A DNA stretch of 64,000 bases from positions 864,001 to 928,000 of the forward strand of contig CAVRGP010000011.1 in the NCBI GenBank assembly GCA_963720755.1, read 5' to 3'. The position numbers and the translations under genes were made by a program. Positions 1-10,042 of this stretch are shown one piece after another. The notes under the pieces are model-generated. The model was given only the letters and a program-made list of their open reading frames with translations, did not search any database and was not told the origin of the DNA. The DNA is from an uncultured Chloroflexia bacterium. GTDB lineage: Bacteria > Chloroflexota > Limnocylindria > Limnocylindrales > CSP1-4. The first letter of the stretch is position 1, and every line of letters begins with the position of its first letter.

Positions 1-943
1 CGAGGATCGCCTTGAGGCCGTTGTACCCGATCGTCTTCTTCGTGCCCGGGAAGAGGTCGCCACGCCGGTGGATCGACGTCCACCAGCCGTTGATCTTGCC
101 GGTGTAGACGGGCCCATACGCAGCGCGAGCCGGTCCCGACGGGGTCGGGATGTCGACCATGTCCCGGGGCAGGGTGAACATCGTCACCTGCTTGGTCGTC
201 GGGTCGACGGATACGACGATCATCGTGTCGGTATTGAATGTGCCCTCGTTGGGCCGCTGATCGGCTCCGATGAGCAGGATGTTGAGGCGTTGCTTGCCGT
301 CCCAGGGCGGGATGGAAACCTCCGGCAGGTCGCTTCCGGCCGGGGTGGTCTCCGGGACGGGCGAATCGGTCGAATCGACGCCGACGACGTCGGTCGGCGT
401 TGCGGCGGCCGAGGAGCCAGGCGACGGGGTGGCGTCCAGAACGCAGTCGCTGGACGTATCGCTGATGAAGATGCAGCCGTTGGACAGGAACTGCTGCGCC
501 AGCACGTCGTACCGGGCCACGACCACGTGGCTGCCGGCCATGACCAGGATGATCGCGATGAGTCCGGCGATCGACAGGGGGTCCCGGGCGATCCGTACCC
601 GGCCGGCACGGGCCGAGCCAGATGCCGATGTGCCGTTCAGGTACACGGTCACCCGATAGGCGTCGACGATGGCGACCAGGCGATAGACCAGGACCCCGAG
701 GTTGATGAAGAAGACGGCGCTCAGGACGGCCGGGTCGATGACGAACCCGAGCAGCGCGATCCGGTCCAGGCGGAGCGCCATCCCGGCGCCCAGGGCGAGG
801 ACCAGGATCGGGCCTGCGGCGAAAGCAAGGGCACGCATCGGCGCACCAGCGTAGAGCTGGCCAAGGCCGGGGAAGATCAGGGAAAGGAAGGCCGCCGCGA
901 ACGGCGATCGAGCGCGCGCTCGCGCACCCTCAGGTTCTTGCAT
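1..943 (-). CDS. LytR-CpsA-Psr (LCP) family protein with N-terminal membrane segments; partial, runs off the window start
   Basis: Manual translation from ATG at 943: MQEPEGARARARSPFAAAFLSLIFPGLGQLY..., several hydrophobic helices, then RLNILLIGADQRP..NTDTMIVVSVD..TLPRD..KIN (LCP motifs). Not in the ORF track because it has no stop inside the window. Confidence 0.88.
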   Translation of the reverse strand, partial: MQEPEGARARARSPFAAAFLSLIFPGLGQLYAGAPMRALAFAAGPILVLALGAGMALRLDRIALLGFVIDPAVLSAVFFINLGVLVYRLVAIVDAYRVTVYLNGTSASGSARAGRVRIARDPLSIAGLIAIILVMAGSHVVVARYDVLAQQFLSNGCIFISDTSSDCVLDATPSPGSSAAATPTDVVGVDSTDSPVPETTPAGSDLPEVSIPPWDGKQRLNILLIGADQRPNEGTFNTDTMIVVSVDPTTKQVTMFTLPRDMVDIPTPSGPARAAYGPVYTGKINGWWTSIHRRGDLFPGTKKTIGYNGLKAIL

Positions 944-949
944 CGCGGG

Positions 950-956
950 TAGGATA
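950..956. promoter_or_regulatory. Overlapping bidirectional -10 elements (TAGGAT on +, TATCCT on -) between the LCP gene and ileS
   Basis: TAGGATA at 950-956; the minus-strand hexamer lies 7 nt upstream of the LCP ATG. Confidence 0.55.
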
Positions 957-1034
957 ACCGGACCCATCGAATCGAGCACCAGCGCGCAGCGCCCCCTGCG
1001 CGCCACCGCGAACCGGCCAGTCGCCCGAGGCAGA

Positions 1035-4000
1035 ATGTTCCGATCCGTCAACTCGAAGCCTGACTTCGTCGCCCAGGAATACGCCATCCTGGACATGTGG
1101 CGCGAGCGTCGGACGTTCGCTCGCCTTCGCGCCCAGAACGCGGGCGGAGCCCGCTGGAGCTTCCTCGATGGGCCGATCACGGCCAACAACCCGATGGGCG
1201 TCCACCATGCCTGGGGTCGTGCCTACAAGGATCTCTACCAGCGCTTCCACGCGATGCTCGGAGAGGACCAGCGCTACCAGAACGGTTTCGACTGCCAGGG
1301 CCTGTGGGTGGAGGTCAACGTCGAGCGAGACCTCGGTTTCACGTCCAAGCGCGACATCGAGGCATTCGGGATCGACCGGTTCGTGACCCTGTGCAAGCAG
1401 CGTGTCCTGACCTACGCCGCGCGCCAGACGGAGCAGTCGATCCGGCTGGGCATGTGGATGGACTGGAACGATCCCGATGAATTGCGCCGGCTGCACGACC
1501 TGCTGGCGACCGACCCGGCGACTGTCACGACGATCGAAGGCCCGCAGGGCCCGGTCAGCGACACCGTCGAGATGCTCGTCGGGCGCCTCGGGATGCCGGA
1601 CACCGGAGGCAGCTACTTCACCTTCAGCAACGAGAACAACGACCTGATCTGGGGGTTCCTGTCCGAGTGCCATCGTCGCGGCTGGCTGTACAAGGGCCAC
1701 GACACGATGCCGTGGTGCGCCCGGTGCGGGACTGGCCTGTCGCAGATGGAGATGAACGAGGGCTACCAGGATCGGGAGGACCCCGGGCTGACCGTTCGGT
1801 TCCCGCTGGTCGACCGCCCTGGAGAATCGTTGCTCGTCTGGACCACGACGCCGTGGACCCTGACCTCGAACGTCGCCGCGGCGGTCGGTCCGGCCGTGCC
1901 CTACGTCCGGGTCCGTCAGGGCGAGGATCGGTTCTGGCTGGGCAAGGACGCGCTGAAGACGGCGCTCGTCGGGCCGTTCACGGTCGAGGAGGAGGTCACG
2001 GGCGAAGACCTCATCGGCTGGCGGTATCGGGGACCGTTCGACGAGCTTCCGGCGGTGCAGGAGGCATTCGTCGGCGCCGGGTATGAGCATCGGGTCATCC
2101 CGTGGGACGAGGTCGGCGCCGACGAAGGCACTGGCGTGGTCCACATCGCACCCGGCTGTGGCGCGGAGGACTACCAGCTGGGCAAGACCCTCGATCTACC
2201 GATGATCGCGCCGCTCGATGAGTCGGGCATCGTGCTCGACGGGTTCGGGTCGCTCAGCGGTCGAGATGTCCGCGACGTGGCCGAGCCGGTCGTGGACCAC
2301 CTCAAACGGGAAGGGACGTTCTATCGGCTTGAACCGTACCTGCACCGCTATCCGCACTGCTGGAGATGCAACACGCCCCTGGTGTTCCGCCTCGTGGACG
2401 AGTGGTACATCAGCATGGGCCCCGTCTACGACCAGCCGCGCGAGACCTTGACCAAGGCCCAGGTCGACGCGAGCCTGCGCTACCAGATCATGGACGTCGT
2501 GGACAGGATCCGCTGGATCCCGGAGTTCGGCTACGACCGTGAGCTCGACTGGCTCCGCAACATGCACGACTGGATGATCAGCAAGAAGCGGTATTGGGGT
2601 CTCGCGCTCCCGATCTACGATTGCTCCGCGTGCGGGACGGTCGACGTCATCGGTGGTCGCGACGAGTTGGAGAAGCGAGCGGTCGAGGGCTGGGAGCAGT
2701 TCGAGGGACATACGCCCCATCGGCCGTGGGTCGATGCGGTTCGGATCGCCTGCCCGTCCTGTGGCGCACCCGTGGAGCGGATCAGCGATGTGGGCAATCC
2801 GTGGCTGGACGCCGGGATCGTCCCGTATTCGACGCTCCATCACCGGGAGGATCCCGAGTACTGGGCGAAGTGGTTCCCGGCCGACTTCATCACCGAGAGT
2901 TTCCCCGGTCAGTTCCGCAACTGGTTCTACTCGATGCTGGCGATGTCGACCGTGCTCCGCCGCGAGGAGCCGTTCAAGACGATCTTCGGGTACGCGACGC
3001 TGTTCGCCGAGGACGGCCGGCAGATGCACAAGAGCTGGGGCAACGCGATCGACTTCGATGAAGCCGCCGATCGCATGGGCGTGGACGTCATGCGCTGGAT
3101 GTTCGCCAAGGCACGACCCGAGGACAACATCCTGTTCGGCTGGCATGCCGCCGACGAGGCGCGCCGCGAGCTGCTCATCCTCTGGAATGTCTACGCGTTC
3201 TTCATCACCTATGCGCGACTCTCCGGCTGGACCCCCGCGGATATCGCACCCCCGGTCGAACAACGACCCGTCCTGGACCGCTGGATCCTGTCGCGGGCGG
3301 CCGGGACCGTCGCGGCGGTCGAGGACCGGCTGCGGGACTTCGATGCCGTCGGAGCGACCAGAGCCCTGTCGAGCTACTTCGATGGCCTGTCGACCTGGTA
3401 CCTCCGCTTGTCGCGGCGCCGATTCTCCCGCCCGGACGATCCGACCGACCAGCGGGCTGCCTTCGCCACGCTCCACGAGGCCCTCGTGGTCACGGCGCGG
3501 ATGCTGGCGCCCATCCTGCCGTTCCTGGCCGAGTCCCTGTACGACAATCTCGTCAGTTCCGTGGCTCCGGATGCCCCCGACAGCGTTCATCTGACGGGTT
3601 GGCCCGGCGCGGGGTCGACGCTCCGCCACGATCCGGACCTCGAAGCCTCGATGGCGATCGCCCAGGGCGCGGTCGACCTTGCCCGAACCCTTCGGAGCAG
3701 CTCGCATATCCGGACGAGGCAGCCCCTGGCCACGGCCTGGCTCGCCCTCCCGGACCGTGGGCAGGCGGCGGAACCCGCCCTGCTGGCGCTGATCGCCGAC
3801 GAGATCAACGTGAAGCGGATCGAACGGATCGATGACGAGTCCGGGCTGGTCGATCGACAGGTGAAGCCGCTCCTCCCACGTATCGGCAAGCGCCTGGGGC
3901 CGGCCATCCCGGCGGTGATGGCCGCGGCCCGATCCGGCGAGGTGACCTTCGAGGCCGACGGTTCGGTCACCCTGGCCGGTGTCACCCTCTCTCCCGACGA

Positions 4001-4364
4001 GGTCGAGATCCAGGCGACGCCTCGCCCGGGCACGGCCGTCGCCCACCACGACGGCCTGGTCGTGGTCCTCGATACCGCCCTGACGCCCGAACTCATCGCC
4101 GAGGGCGACGCTCGTGAGCTCGCCCGGGCCGTCCAGGACCTCCGCCGCGAGGCCGGCCTGGAGCTCGACGATCGGATCGACCTGTGGGTAGGCCCGATTC
4201 CTGAGCTCGTCGCGAGTCATCTCCCGGCCGTCGCCGTGGACACGCTCGCCTCCCTGCAGACCGGTCCGGTCGCGGCCGACGCTCATGCGGCGACGGTCGA
4301 ATCGGCGTCGGGATCGGTGGCGATCGCCCTGCGGCGGACGCCGGCCGGGGGTGATGCCCGGTGA
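1035..4364 (+). CDS. ileS: Isoleucine--tRNA ligase (type 2-like)
   Basis: DGPITAN-x-MGVHH, GFDCQGL, WTTTPWTL, GTGVVHIAP, DWMISKKRYWG and QMHKS motifs; followed by lspA. Confidence 0.97.
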   Translation: MFRSVNSKPDFVAQEYAILDMWRERRTFARLRAQNAGGARWSFLDGPITANNPMGVHHAWGRAYKDLYQRFHAMLGEDQRYQNGFDCQGLWVEVNVERDLGFTSKRDIEAFGIDRFVTLCKQRVLTYAARQTEQSIRLGMWMDWNDPDELRRLHDLLATDPATVTTIEGPQGPVSDTVEMLVGRLGMPDTGGSYFTFSNENNDLIWGFLSECHRRGWLYKGHDTMPWCARCGTGLSQMEMNEGYQDREDPGLTVRFPLVDRPGESLLVWTTTPWTLTSNVAAAVGPAVPYVRVRQGEDRFWLGKDALKTALVGPFTVEEEVTGEDLIGWRYRGPFDELPAVQEAFVGAGYEHRVIPWDEVGADEGTGVVHIAPGCGAEDYQLGKTLDLPMIAPLDESGIVLDGFGSLSGRDVRDVAEPVVDHLKREGTFYRLEPYLHRYPHCWRCNTPLVFRLVDEWYISMGPVYDQPRETLTKAQVDASLRYQIMDVVDRIRWIPEFGYDRELDWLRNMHDWMISKKRYWGLALPIYDCSACGTVDVIGGRDELEKRAVEGWEQFEGHTPHRPWVDAVRIACPSCGAPVERISDVGNPWLDAGIVPYSTLHHREDPEYWAKWFPADFITESFPGQFRNWFYSMLAMSTVLRREEPFKTIFGYATLFAEDGRQMHKSWGNAIDFDEAADRMGVDVMRWMFAKARPEDNILFGWHAADEARRELLILWNVYAFFITYARLSGWTPADIAPPVEQRPVLDRWILSRAAGTVAAVEDRLRDFDAVGATRALSSYFDGLSTWYLRLSRRRFSRPDDPTDQRAAFATLHEALVVTARMLAPILPFLAESLYDNLVSSVAPDAPDSVHLTGWPGAGSTLRHDPDLEASMAIAQGAVDLARTLRSSSHIRTRQPLATAWLALPDRGQAAEPALLALIADEINVKRIERIDDESGLVDRQVKPLLPRIGKRLGPAIPAVMAAARSGEVTFEADGSVTLAGVTLSPDEVEIQATPRPGTAVAHHDGLVVVLDTALTPELIAEGDARELARAVQDLRREAGLELDDRIDLWVGPIPELVASHLPAVAVDTLASLQTGPVAADAHAATVESASGSVAIALRRTPAGGDAR

Positions 4365-4909
4365 CCGACGACACCGCCGCGGTCATCGCCGACGACGAAC
4401 CTGTGGTGCGTCACCGACGCGCGGGTGGTCATTGGTTCGTCTTCCTGGGATTGGCGACGACCGTGGTCATCCTCGATCAGGTGACCAAGGCGTGGCTGGT
4501 CGCCAACGTCTCACCCGGTGAGATCGTCGAGGTGGTGGGCGATCTGATCCGACTCACGCTCAGCCAGAACTCCGGCGCGTTGTTCGGGATGTTCCCGGCC
4601 AACGCGGCCGTCCTGGCGATCGTGTCGCTTGGCGTGATCGGCCTGATCGTCGCCTATCACGCCCGGGCGACCCGGAGCCTGTACTTGTCGATCGCCCTCG
4701 GACTGCTGCTCGGCGGGGCGATCGGGAACCTCGCCGACCGGATCCGCCTCGGCTATGTCGTCGACTTCGTCGACATCGGGCTCGGCACGCTTCGCTTCTA
4801 CACCTTCAACCTAGGCGATTCGGCGATCACCGTCGCCATCCTCATGCTCATCGGCGCGGCGCTCTTCCCGTCGCTGGCAGACCTTGCCGAGGGACCCTCC
4901 GATGGTTGA
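4361..4909 (+). CDS. lspA: Lipoprotein signal peptidase II
   Basis: DQVTK, NSGALFG, GAIGNLADR, VVDF and FNLGD motifs. Confidence 0.96.
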   Translation: MTDDTAAVIADDEPVVRHRRAGGHWFVFLGLATTVVILDQVTKAWLVANVSPGEIVEVVGDLIRLTLSQNSGALFGMFPANAAVLAIVSLGVIGLIVAYHARATRSLYLSIALGLLLGGAIGNLADRIRLGYVVDFVDIGLGTLRFYTFNLGDSAITVAILMLIGAALFPSLADLAEGPSDG

Positions 4910-5852
4910 CCCGTCGTACGCGCCTGGGGTTCGGACCCTTCGCGTGCCCGACGGTTCGGCCGGTCGCGTCGATCGATATGTCGCGGACGCGACGGGCATG
5001 TCGCGGAGCTACATCCAGAAGCTCATCTCCGATGGTCGGTTGACGACGGACGGCGGCGCCCTGCGGGCGAACAGCATCGTCGGCGTCGGGACCGAACTGC
5101 ACCTGGACGTTCCCGAGCCGGTGGCGCTCGACCTGGCACCGGAGCCGGAGATCGGGCTGTCGGTCGTCTACCAGGACGACGATCTGCTGATCATCGACAA
5201 GCCTGCCGGGCTCGTCGTCCACCCGGCGCCCGGACACCAGGCGGGCACGCTCGTCAACGCACTGTTGGCCCATGGTGACGGCTCGACCTGGGGAGGGATC
5301 GCCGGTGTCCAGCGCCCGGGCATCGTCCATCGTCTCGACCGGGATACGAGCGGACTCCTCATGGTCGCCCGAACGGACGCTGCCCAGGCCTCGATCATGG
5401 CCCAGCTCAAGGCCCGGCGGATCAAGAAGACCTACCAGGCGCTCGTCCAGGGCAGCGTGTCCGCGGCCGTCGGTCGGATCGAGGCGCCGATCGGACGGGA
5501 CCCGAAGCACCGCACTCGGATGGCGGTCGTACAAGACGGGCGGCCATCGGTCACGGGCTATCGGGTCCGGGAGCGCTTCGCCGATTGGTCGCTCCTCGAG
5601 CTCGACCTGGTCACCGGACGGACGCACCAGATCCGGGTGCACCTCGATGCGATCGGGCATCCGGTCGCCGGCGACCCGGTCTATGGGACCGGGACCTCGC
5701 GTCGCGGCCCCGACAGGCTCGATCGGCTATTCCTTCACGCCTGGCGGCTCGAGTTGACCTCTCCGTCCGGCGGGCACCTCATCCGAGCCACGGCGCCGCT
5801 GCCGCCCGAACTCGAAGCGACCCTCGACGGTCTCCGTGCAGTGCGCCGATGA
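4902..5852 (+). CDS. rluD: RluA/RluD-family 23S rRNA pseudouridine synthase
   Basis: S4-like N-terminus, KPAGLVVHP, HRLDRDTSG and GRTHQIRVH; ATG at 4902 preferred. Confidence 0.93.
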   Translation: MVDPSYAPGVRTLRVPDGSAGRVDRYVADATGMSRSYIQKLISDGRLTTDGGALRANSIVGVGTELHLDVPEPVALDLAPEPEIGLSVVYQDDDLLIIDKPAGLVVHPAPGHQAGTLVNALLAHGDGSTWGGIAGVQRPGIVHRLDRDTSGLLMVARTDAAQASIMAQLKARRIKKTYQALVQGSVSAAVGRIEAPIGRDPKHRTRMAVVQDGRPSVTGYRVRERFADWSLLELDLVTGRTHQIRVHLDAIGHPVAGDPVYGTGTSRRGPDRLDRLFLHAWRLELTSPSGGHLIRATAPLPPELEATLDGLRAVRR

Positions 5853-6484
5853 CCGAACCGCTGTCGACGACTCGTGGCGCGATGCTGGTGATCATCTCGG
5901 GGCCGAGTGGCGTCGGCAAGGACACCATCATCGATGCGATGCGCCGGCGGCCACACGATCCGGCCTATCACTACGTCGTCACCTGCACGACCCGAGCGCC
6001 GCGGACCGGTGAGCTCGACGGAGTCGATTACCACTTCCTGGCCCGGGACGAGTTCGTGGAGCGGCGAGCGGCCGGCGGCTTTCTCGAGGCGAACGAGGTC
6101 CACGGGAACTGGTACGGGACACCTCGCAGCCAGGTCAGTGACGCCCTCGAGGCCGGTCACGACGTCATCCTCAAGATCGACGTGCAGGGGGCCCAGGTAG
6201 TCAAGACCAAGGTCCCGGGAGCCCTCCTGATCTTCCTCATCCCGCCTTCGCTGCAGGACCTCTTCGACCGCCTGCGGAGCCGGGCCACGGAGACCGCCGA
6301 TGAGCTCGAGCTCCGTCAGCGGAACGCAGCCATCGAGTTGGCCCGGCAGGAGGACTACGACTACGTGGTGACCAATGAGACCGGACAGGTCGAACGGACC
6401 GCGGAACGGATCGACGAGATCATCGACGATGAACATCGTCGACACCCGGACCGCCAGGTCATCGTCTACCCGCGGTCGCCTTGA
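5849..6484 (+). CDS. gmk: Guanylate kinase
   Basis: SGPSGVGKDT, TTRAPR and YGTP motifs; ATGA overlap with the rluD stop. Confidence 0.96.
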   Translation: MTEPLSTTRGAMLVIISGPSGVGKDTIIDAMRRRPHDPAYHYVVTCTTRAPRTGELDGVDYHFLARDEFVERRAAGGFLEANEVHGNWYGTPRSQVSDALEAGHDVILKIDVQGAQVVKTKVPGALLIFLIPPSLQDLFDRLRSRATETADELELRQRNAAIELARQEDYDYVVTNETGQVERTAERIDEIIDDEHRRHPDRQVIVYPRSP

Positions 6485-8934
6485 CCCTGGCCGTCGAGGT
6501 GGCGGTCGATGCCGCCGGGCGAGGCGGCGATCGGACCTACACCTATCTCGTGCCGGAGGCACTGGCCGACCTCGAGCCGGGTGAGGCGGTCCTGGTCGGG
6601 TTCGGACGGCGGCAGGCCCTCGGGATCGTCGTGGGCGATCCGACACCCGAGCCGGTCGGTCCTGCCGGTCGATCGGCCCTCAGGCCGATCATGGATCGAG
6701 TCCGGGCGGATGGCCCGCTCATGCCACGCCTGACCCTGTCCCTCGCCCGCCAGATCGCAGCGCACTACCTCGCGCCGCCCGCACTCGTCCTTCGGGCGAT
6801 GCTCCCGCCTGGCCTGCTCGAGCGACTCGAACTCGTGGCCGAGTCGGCCCCCACCCAGAGCGGCCCATCCGCGCCTGACGACCCGATCGTCGAGGATCTG
6901 CTGGGCCAGCTCGAGCGCGGACCGAGACCTGTCCGGGACCTTGCCGGGCCCGATGGTCGGGCGGGCCTGTTGCGGCGGCTTCGCTCATTGGAGGCGGACG
7001 GTCGGATCAGTCTCGCCTGGACCTTGCTCGGTGCCGGTGCAGGCCCCCGCTTCGAGCGCTGGATCCGCCTGACCGACGACGGCCGGAGCGCGGCCGCGAT
7101 GATCGCGAGCGGAGGCCGGCCGGCGGGTCGTCCGCTCGGGCCGCGGCAGGTCGAGGCGATCGCAGCCCTCGCCGGCACGGGGGAAACGGGCCGGCGCGCT
7201 GCCGATCTCGACGCCGGCCTCGGGGGTGGATCCGTCGCCGGACTCGTTCGCCGCGGCCTCGTCGAATCGAACGTGCGCGAGCGCCCGAGGCGACCGCTCG
7301 CGACTCGACCCGTCGGCCTGCGTGGCGGCCGACCGTCCACGAGCGACCTCCTGCCCGCCCAGGCTGACGCCGTCCGTCGAGTCCGGTCGGCCATCGTTGC
7401 CCGCGATCCACGGCCGCTGCTGCTCGACGGCGTGACCGGTGGCGGCAAGACGGCCATCTACGTGGAGGCGATCGCGACCGCGCTCGAGTCGGGACGTCCG
7501 GCTGTCGTGCTCGTGCCGGAGATCGCGCTCGCCCTGCCATTGGTCGATCGTCTTCGAGCCGATCTGGACGCTCGGGTCGCCCTCGTCCACTCCGGCCTTG
7601 GCGACGGGGAACGTGCGGACGAGTGGCGGCGGATCCGGTCGGGCGACGTGGACATCGTCGTCGGGACGCGGCTGGCGGTCGTCGCCCCGCTGGCCGATAT
7701 CGGCCTGATCATCGTGGACGAGGAGCATGATCCGGCCTACAAGAGTGACCGGACGCCTCGCCTCCAGGCGCGCGATGTCGCCATCCGGCTCGCCGGACTG
7801 GCGGGCGCGGCGATCATCCTCGGATCGGCATCACCCGCTGTCGAGACCGTGGGACGGGCGAGGTCGGGGGAGTACGACCGGGTCGTCCTGCCCGTCCGGC
7901 CGGCCGGGGCGGCTCCCACGGTCGAGGTCATCGACCTCCGGGCCGAACTGGCAGCTGGCGAACGCGGGCTGCTGTCGCGGGCGCTGGCCGGCGCGCTGAC
8001 AGGCCTGGACACGGCGGCTGGCGAGCAGGCCATCCTGGTCCTCAATCGGCGGGGGACCGCCTCGGTCGTCCTGTGCCGGGATTGCGGTTACGTCCAGCAA
8101 TGTCCGGATTGCGAACGACCACTGGTCTACCACCAGGCTGGGGCAACCCTGCGCTGCCATCACTGTGGTCGGGCGACGCCGCTGGCGACGCGCTGCCCGG
8201 CATGTGCCTCGCCGCGCATCCGGTATCTCGGTGGTGGCACGGAACGGGTCGAACGGGAGGTCCGGACCAGGTTCGAGGACCTCCGGGTCGGGCGCCTGGA
8301 CCGTGACATCGTCGCCCATCGGGGAGCGGCCGAGCGAGTGATCGACGCCTTCACGGCGGGCCAGCTCGACGTCCTGGTCGGCACCAGCCTTGTGACCAAG
8401 GGGCTGGACATCCCGGCCGTCACCCTCGTCGGGATCGTCTCATCGGACGTGGCCCTCAACCTGCCCGATGAGCGAGCCGCGGAGCGGACGTACCAACTTC
8501 TGGTCCAGGCGATCGGCCGGGCGGGACGTGGCGATCGGGCCGGCCACGCGATCATCCAGACGTATCAGCCCGACCACCCAGCGATCGTGGCGGCGGCGAC
8601 GGCTGACCGGACGGCGTTCTATGACGCCGAATTGGCGATCCGGGAGCGGTTCGGTTCGCCGCCGTTCGGGCGTCTCGTCAAACTGACCGTCGGATCCCCC
8701 GATCGAGCCGAAGCCGAGCGCGAGGCGCAGGCGATGGCAACGCGGCTGCGCGAGCGAGCGGTCGAGTCGGGTCTCGTCGTGGCCGTCGTCGGGCCTGCTC
8801 CAGCCTATGTCGCCAAGCGGGCCGATCGATGGCGCTGGAACGTGATCCTCCGCGGTGCAAACCCGGCTGGACTACTGGCCGATGGGGTCGAGGCCCCGTG
8901 GTCGGTCGATGTCGACCCGGAATCGCTCCTCTGA
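6481..8934 (+). CDS. priA: Primosomal protein N' (replication restart helicase)
   Basis: GVTGGGKT, DEEH, four CxxC pairs and GRAGR; TTGA overlap with the gmk stop. Confidence 0.96.
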   Translation: MTLAVEVAVDAAGRGGDRTYTYLVPEALADLEPGEAVLVGFGRRQALGIVVGDPTPEPVGPAGRSALRPIMDRVRADGPLMPRLTLSLARQIAAHYLAPPALVLRAMLPPGLLERLELVAESAPTQSGPSAPDDPIVEDLLGQLERGPRPVRDLAGPDGRAGLLRRLRSLEADGRISLAWTLLGAGAGPRFERWIRLTDDGRSAAAMIASGGRPAGRPLGPRQVEAIAALAGTGETGRRAADLDAGLGGGSVAGLVRRGLVESNVRERPRRPLATRPVGLRGGRPSTSDLLPAQADAVRRVRSAIVARDPRPLLLDGVTGGGKTAIYVEAIATALESGRPAVVLVPEIALALPLVDRLRADLDARVALVHSGLGDGERADEWRRIRSGDVDIVVGTRLAVVAPLADIGLIIVDEEHDPAYKSDRTPRLQARDVAIRLAGLAGAAIILGSASPAVETVGRARSGEYDRVVLPVRPAGAAPTVEVIDLRAELAAGERGLLSRALAGALTGLDTAAGEQAILVLNRRGTASVVLCRDCGYVQQCPDCERPLVYHQAGATLRCHHCGRATPLATRCPACASPRIRYLGGGTERVEREVRTRFEDLRVGRLDRDIVAHRGAAERVIDAFTAGQLDVLVGTSLVTKGLDIPAVTLVGIVSSDVALNLPDERAAERTYQLLVQAIGRAGRGDRAGHAIIQTYQPDHPAIVAAATADRTAFYDAELAIRERFGSPPFGRLVKLTVGSPDRAEAEREAQAMATRLRERAVESGLVVAVVGPAPAYVAKRADRWRWNVILRGANPAGLLADGVEAPWSVDVDPESLL

Positions 8935-8959
8935 CGCCCTACCGAGGCCGTTGACCCGG

Positions 8960-8981
8960 ATCCTCGCGTTCGTGCGAGGAT
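8960..8981. promoter_or_regulatory. Inverted repeat / UUCG hairpin after priA, overlapping a possible promoter
   Basis: ATCCTCGCG-TTCG-TGCGAGGAT; TTGACC at 8951-8956 just upstream. Confidence 0.45.
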
Positions 8982-9011
8982 TAGGTGCCACAGCGCACCG
9001 AGGAGCCGACC

Positions 9012-9503
9012 ATGACCGAACCGACGGGGACCGACAAGCCGGAGACGCCGGCAGCCGACGAGACCTTCACCTGGACCGGCGATGATGAGCCGGGGACCGC
9101 GGCGTCGGGGGCTGGCGCCACGGCGGCCGCGATCCTGGAATCCATCCGTGAGGCCGTCGATGACCTCGCAGAGCGCGCCTCGCCGTCGGTTCGTGAGTTT
9201 TCGGCCCGCGCGGCGGAGATGGCCGCCTTGGCCGCAGACCGCGCCGCGCCGATGGTGAAGCGAGCCGGCGACGTGACGTCGGAAGCCAGCGACAAGATCG
9301 CCTCGAGGTCGCGGGCCTGGGCGGCCGACATTCGGAGCACCCTTCCGGCCGACACGGCCGGTGGCACAGACGATGCACCGCCGTCGACCACGACCGCGGT
9401 CGTCGACCCCATCGCCGGGTCCGGCCGAGCGCCGAGCGCCGATCCAGCGGCCGGTCCCGATGCGGCCGAATCCACGGCATCCGAGTCGTCGTCCCAGGGC
9501 TGA
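9012..9503 (+). CDS. Hypothetical protein with an amphipathic helical core and disordered ends
   Basis: GAGGAG Shine-Dalgarno at about 9000-9006, ATG at 9012, GC3-rich codons. Confidence 0.75.
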   Translation: MTEPTGTDKPETPAADETFTWTGDDEPGTAASGAGATAAAILESIREAVDDLAERASPSVREFSARAAEMAALAADRAAPMVKRAGDVTSEASDKIASRSRAWAADIRSTLPADTAGGTDDAPPSTTTAVVDPIAGSGRAPSADPAAGPDAAESTASESSSQG

Positions 9504-9526
9504 CCGCCCATCCGTATACTCCGCCC

Positions 9527-10042
9527 ATGAGTGTCCGACCCATCGTCCTGCTCGGCGATCCGCGCCTTCGGCTCAAGGGCAAGCCCGTCGACAGCTTCGG
9601 CAAGTACCTGCACGAACTCCTCGACGACCTTGCCCATACCATGCGCGACGCCCCCGGTGTCGGGCTGGCAGCGCCGCAACTCGGTGAGGCCGTGCAGGCG
9701 TGCGTCATCGAGGTCGAGGGACAGCTGCACGAGCTGGTCAACCCGCGCATCGTTCGTTCGATCGGTGACGACCGCGATCTGGAGGGCTGCCTGTCGATCC
9801 CGGGCTACGTCGCCTATGTCACTCGGCGCGAGCGCGTGTGGGTCGTCGCCCAGGACCGGCAGGGCCGGAAGATCCGGGTCGCCGGCTCCGGGCTTCTGGG
9901 TCGTGCTCTGCAGCATGAACTCGACCACCTCGACGGCAAGCTCTACATCGACTACCTCGAATCGATGGACGAACTGATGGCCGTCGGAGTGGGCAACGAG
10001 GACGACGCGGAGGTCCGCGAGGCGACGAGCGCCCTCGCGTGA
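9527..10042 (+). CDS. def: Peptide deformylase
   Basis: GVGLAAPQ, EGCLS and QHELDHL motifs. Confidence 0.97.
   Translation: MSVRPIVLLGDPRLRLKGKPVDSFGKYLHELLDDLAHTMRDAPGVGLAAPQLGEAVQACVIEVEGQLHELVNPRIVRSIGDDRDLEGCLSIPGYVAYVTRRERVWVVAQDRQGRKIRVAGSGLLGRALQHELDHLDGKLYIDYLESMDELMAVGVGNEDDAEVREATSALA

Noticed and set aside
68-952. 294-aa plus-strand ORF
   Set aside because: It is antisense to the LCP gene, which carries the real family motifs.
944-1034. T-box riboswitch upstream of ileS
   Set aside because: The intergenic region is only ~90 nt and shows no T-box consensus or terminator.
2196-4286. 696-aa antisense ORF opposite ileS
   Set aside because: Shadow frame produced by high-GC codon bias; it has no recognisable motifs and fully overlaps a certain gene.
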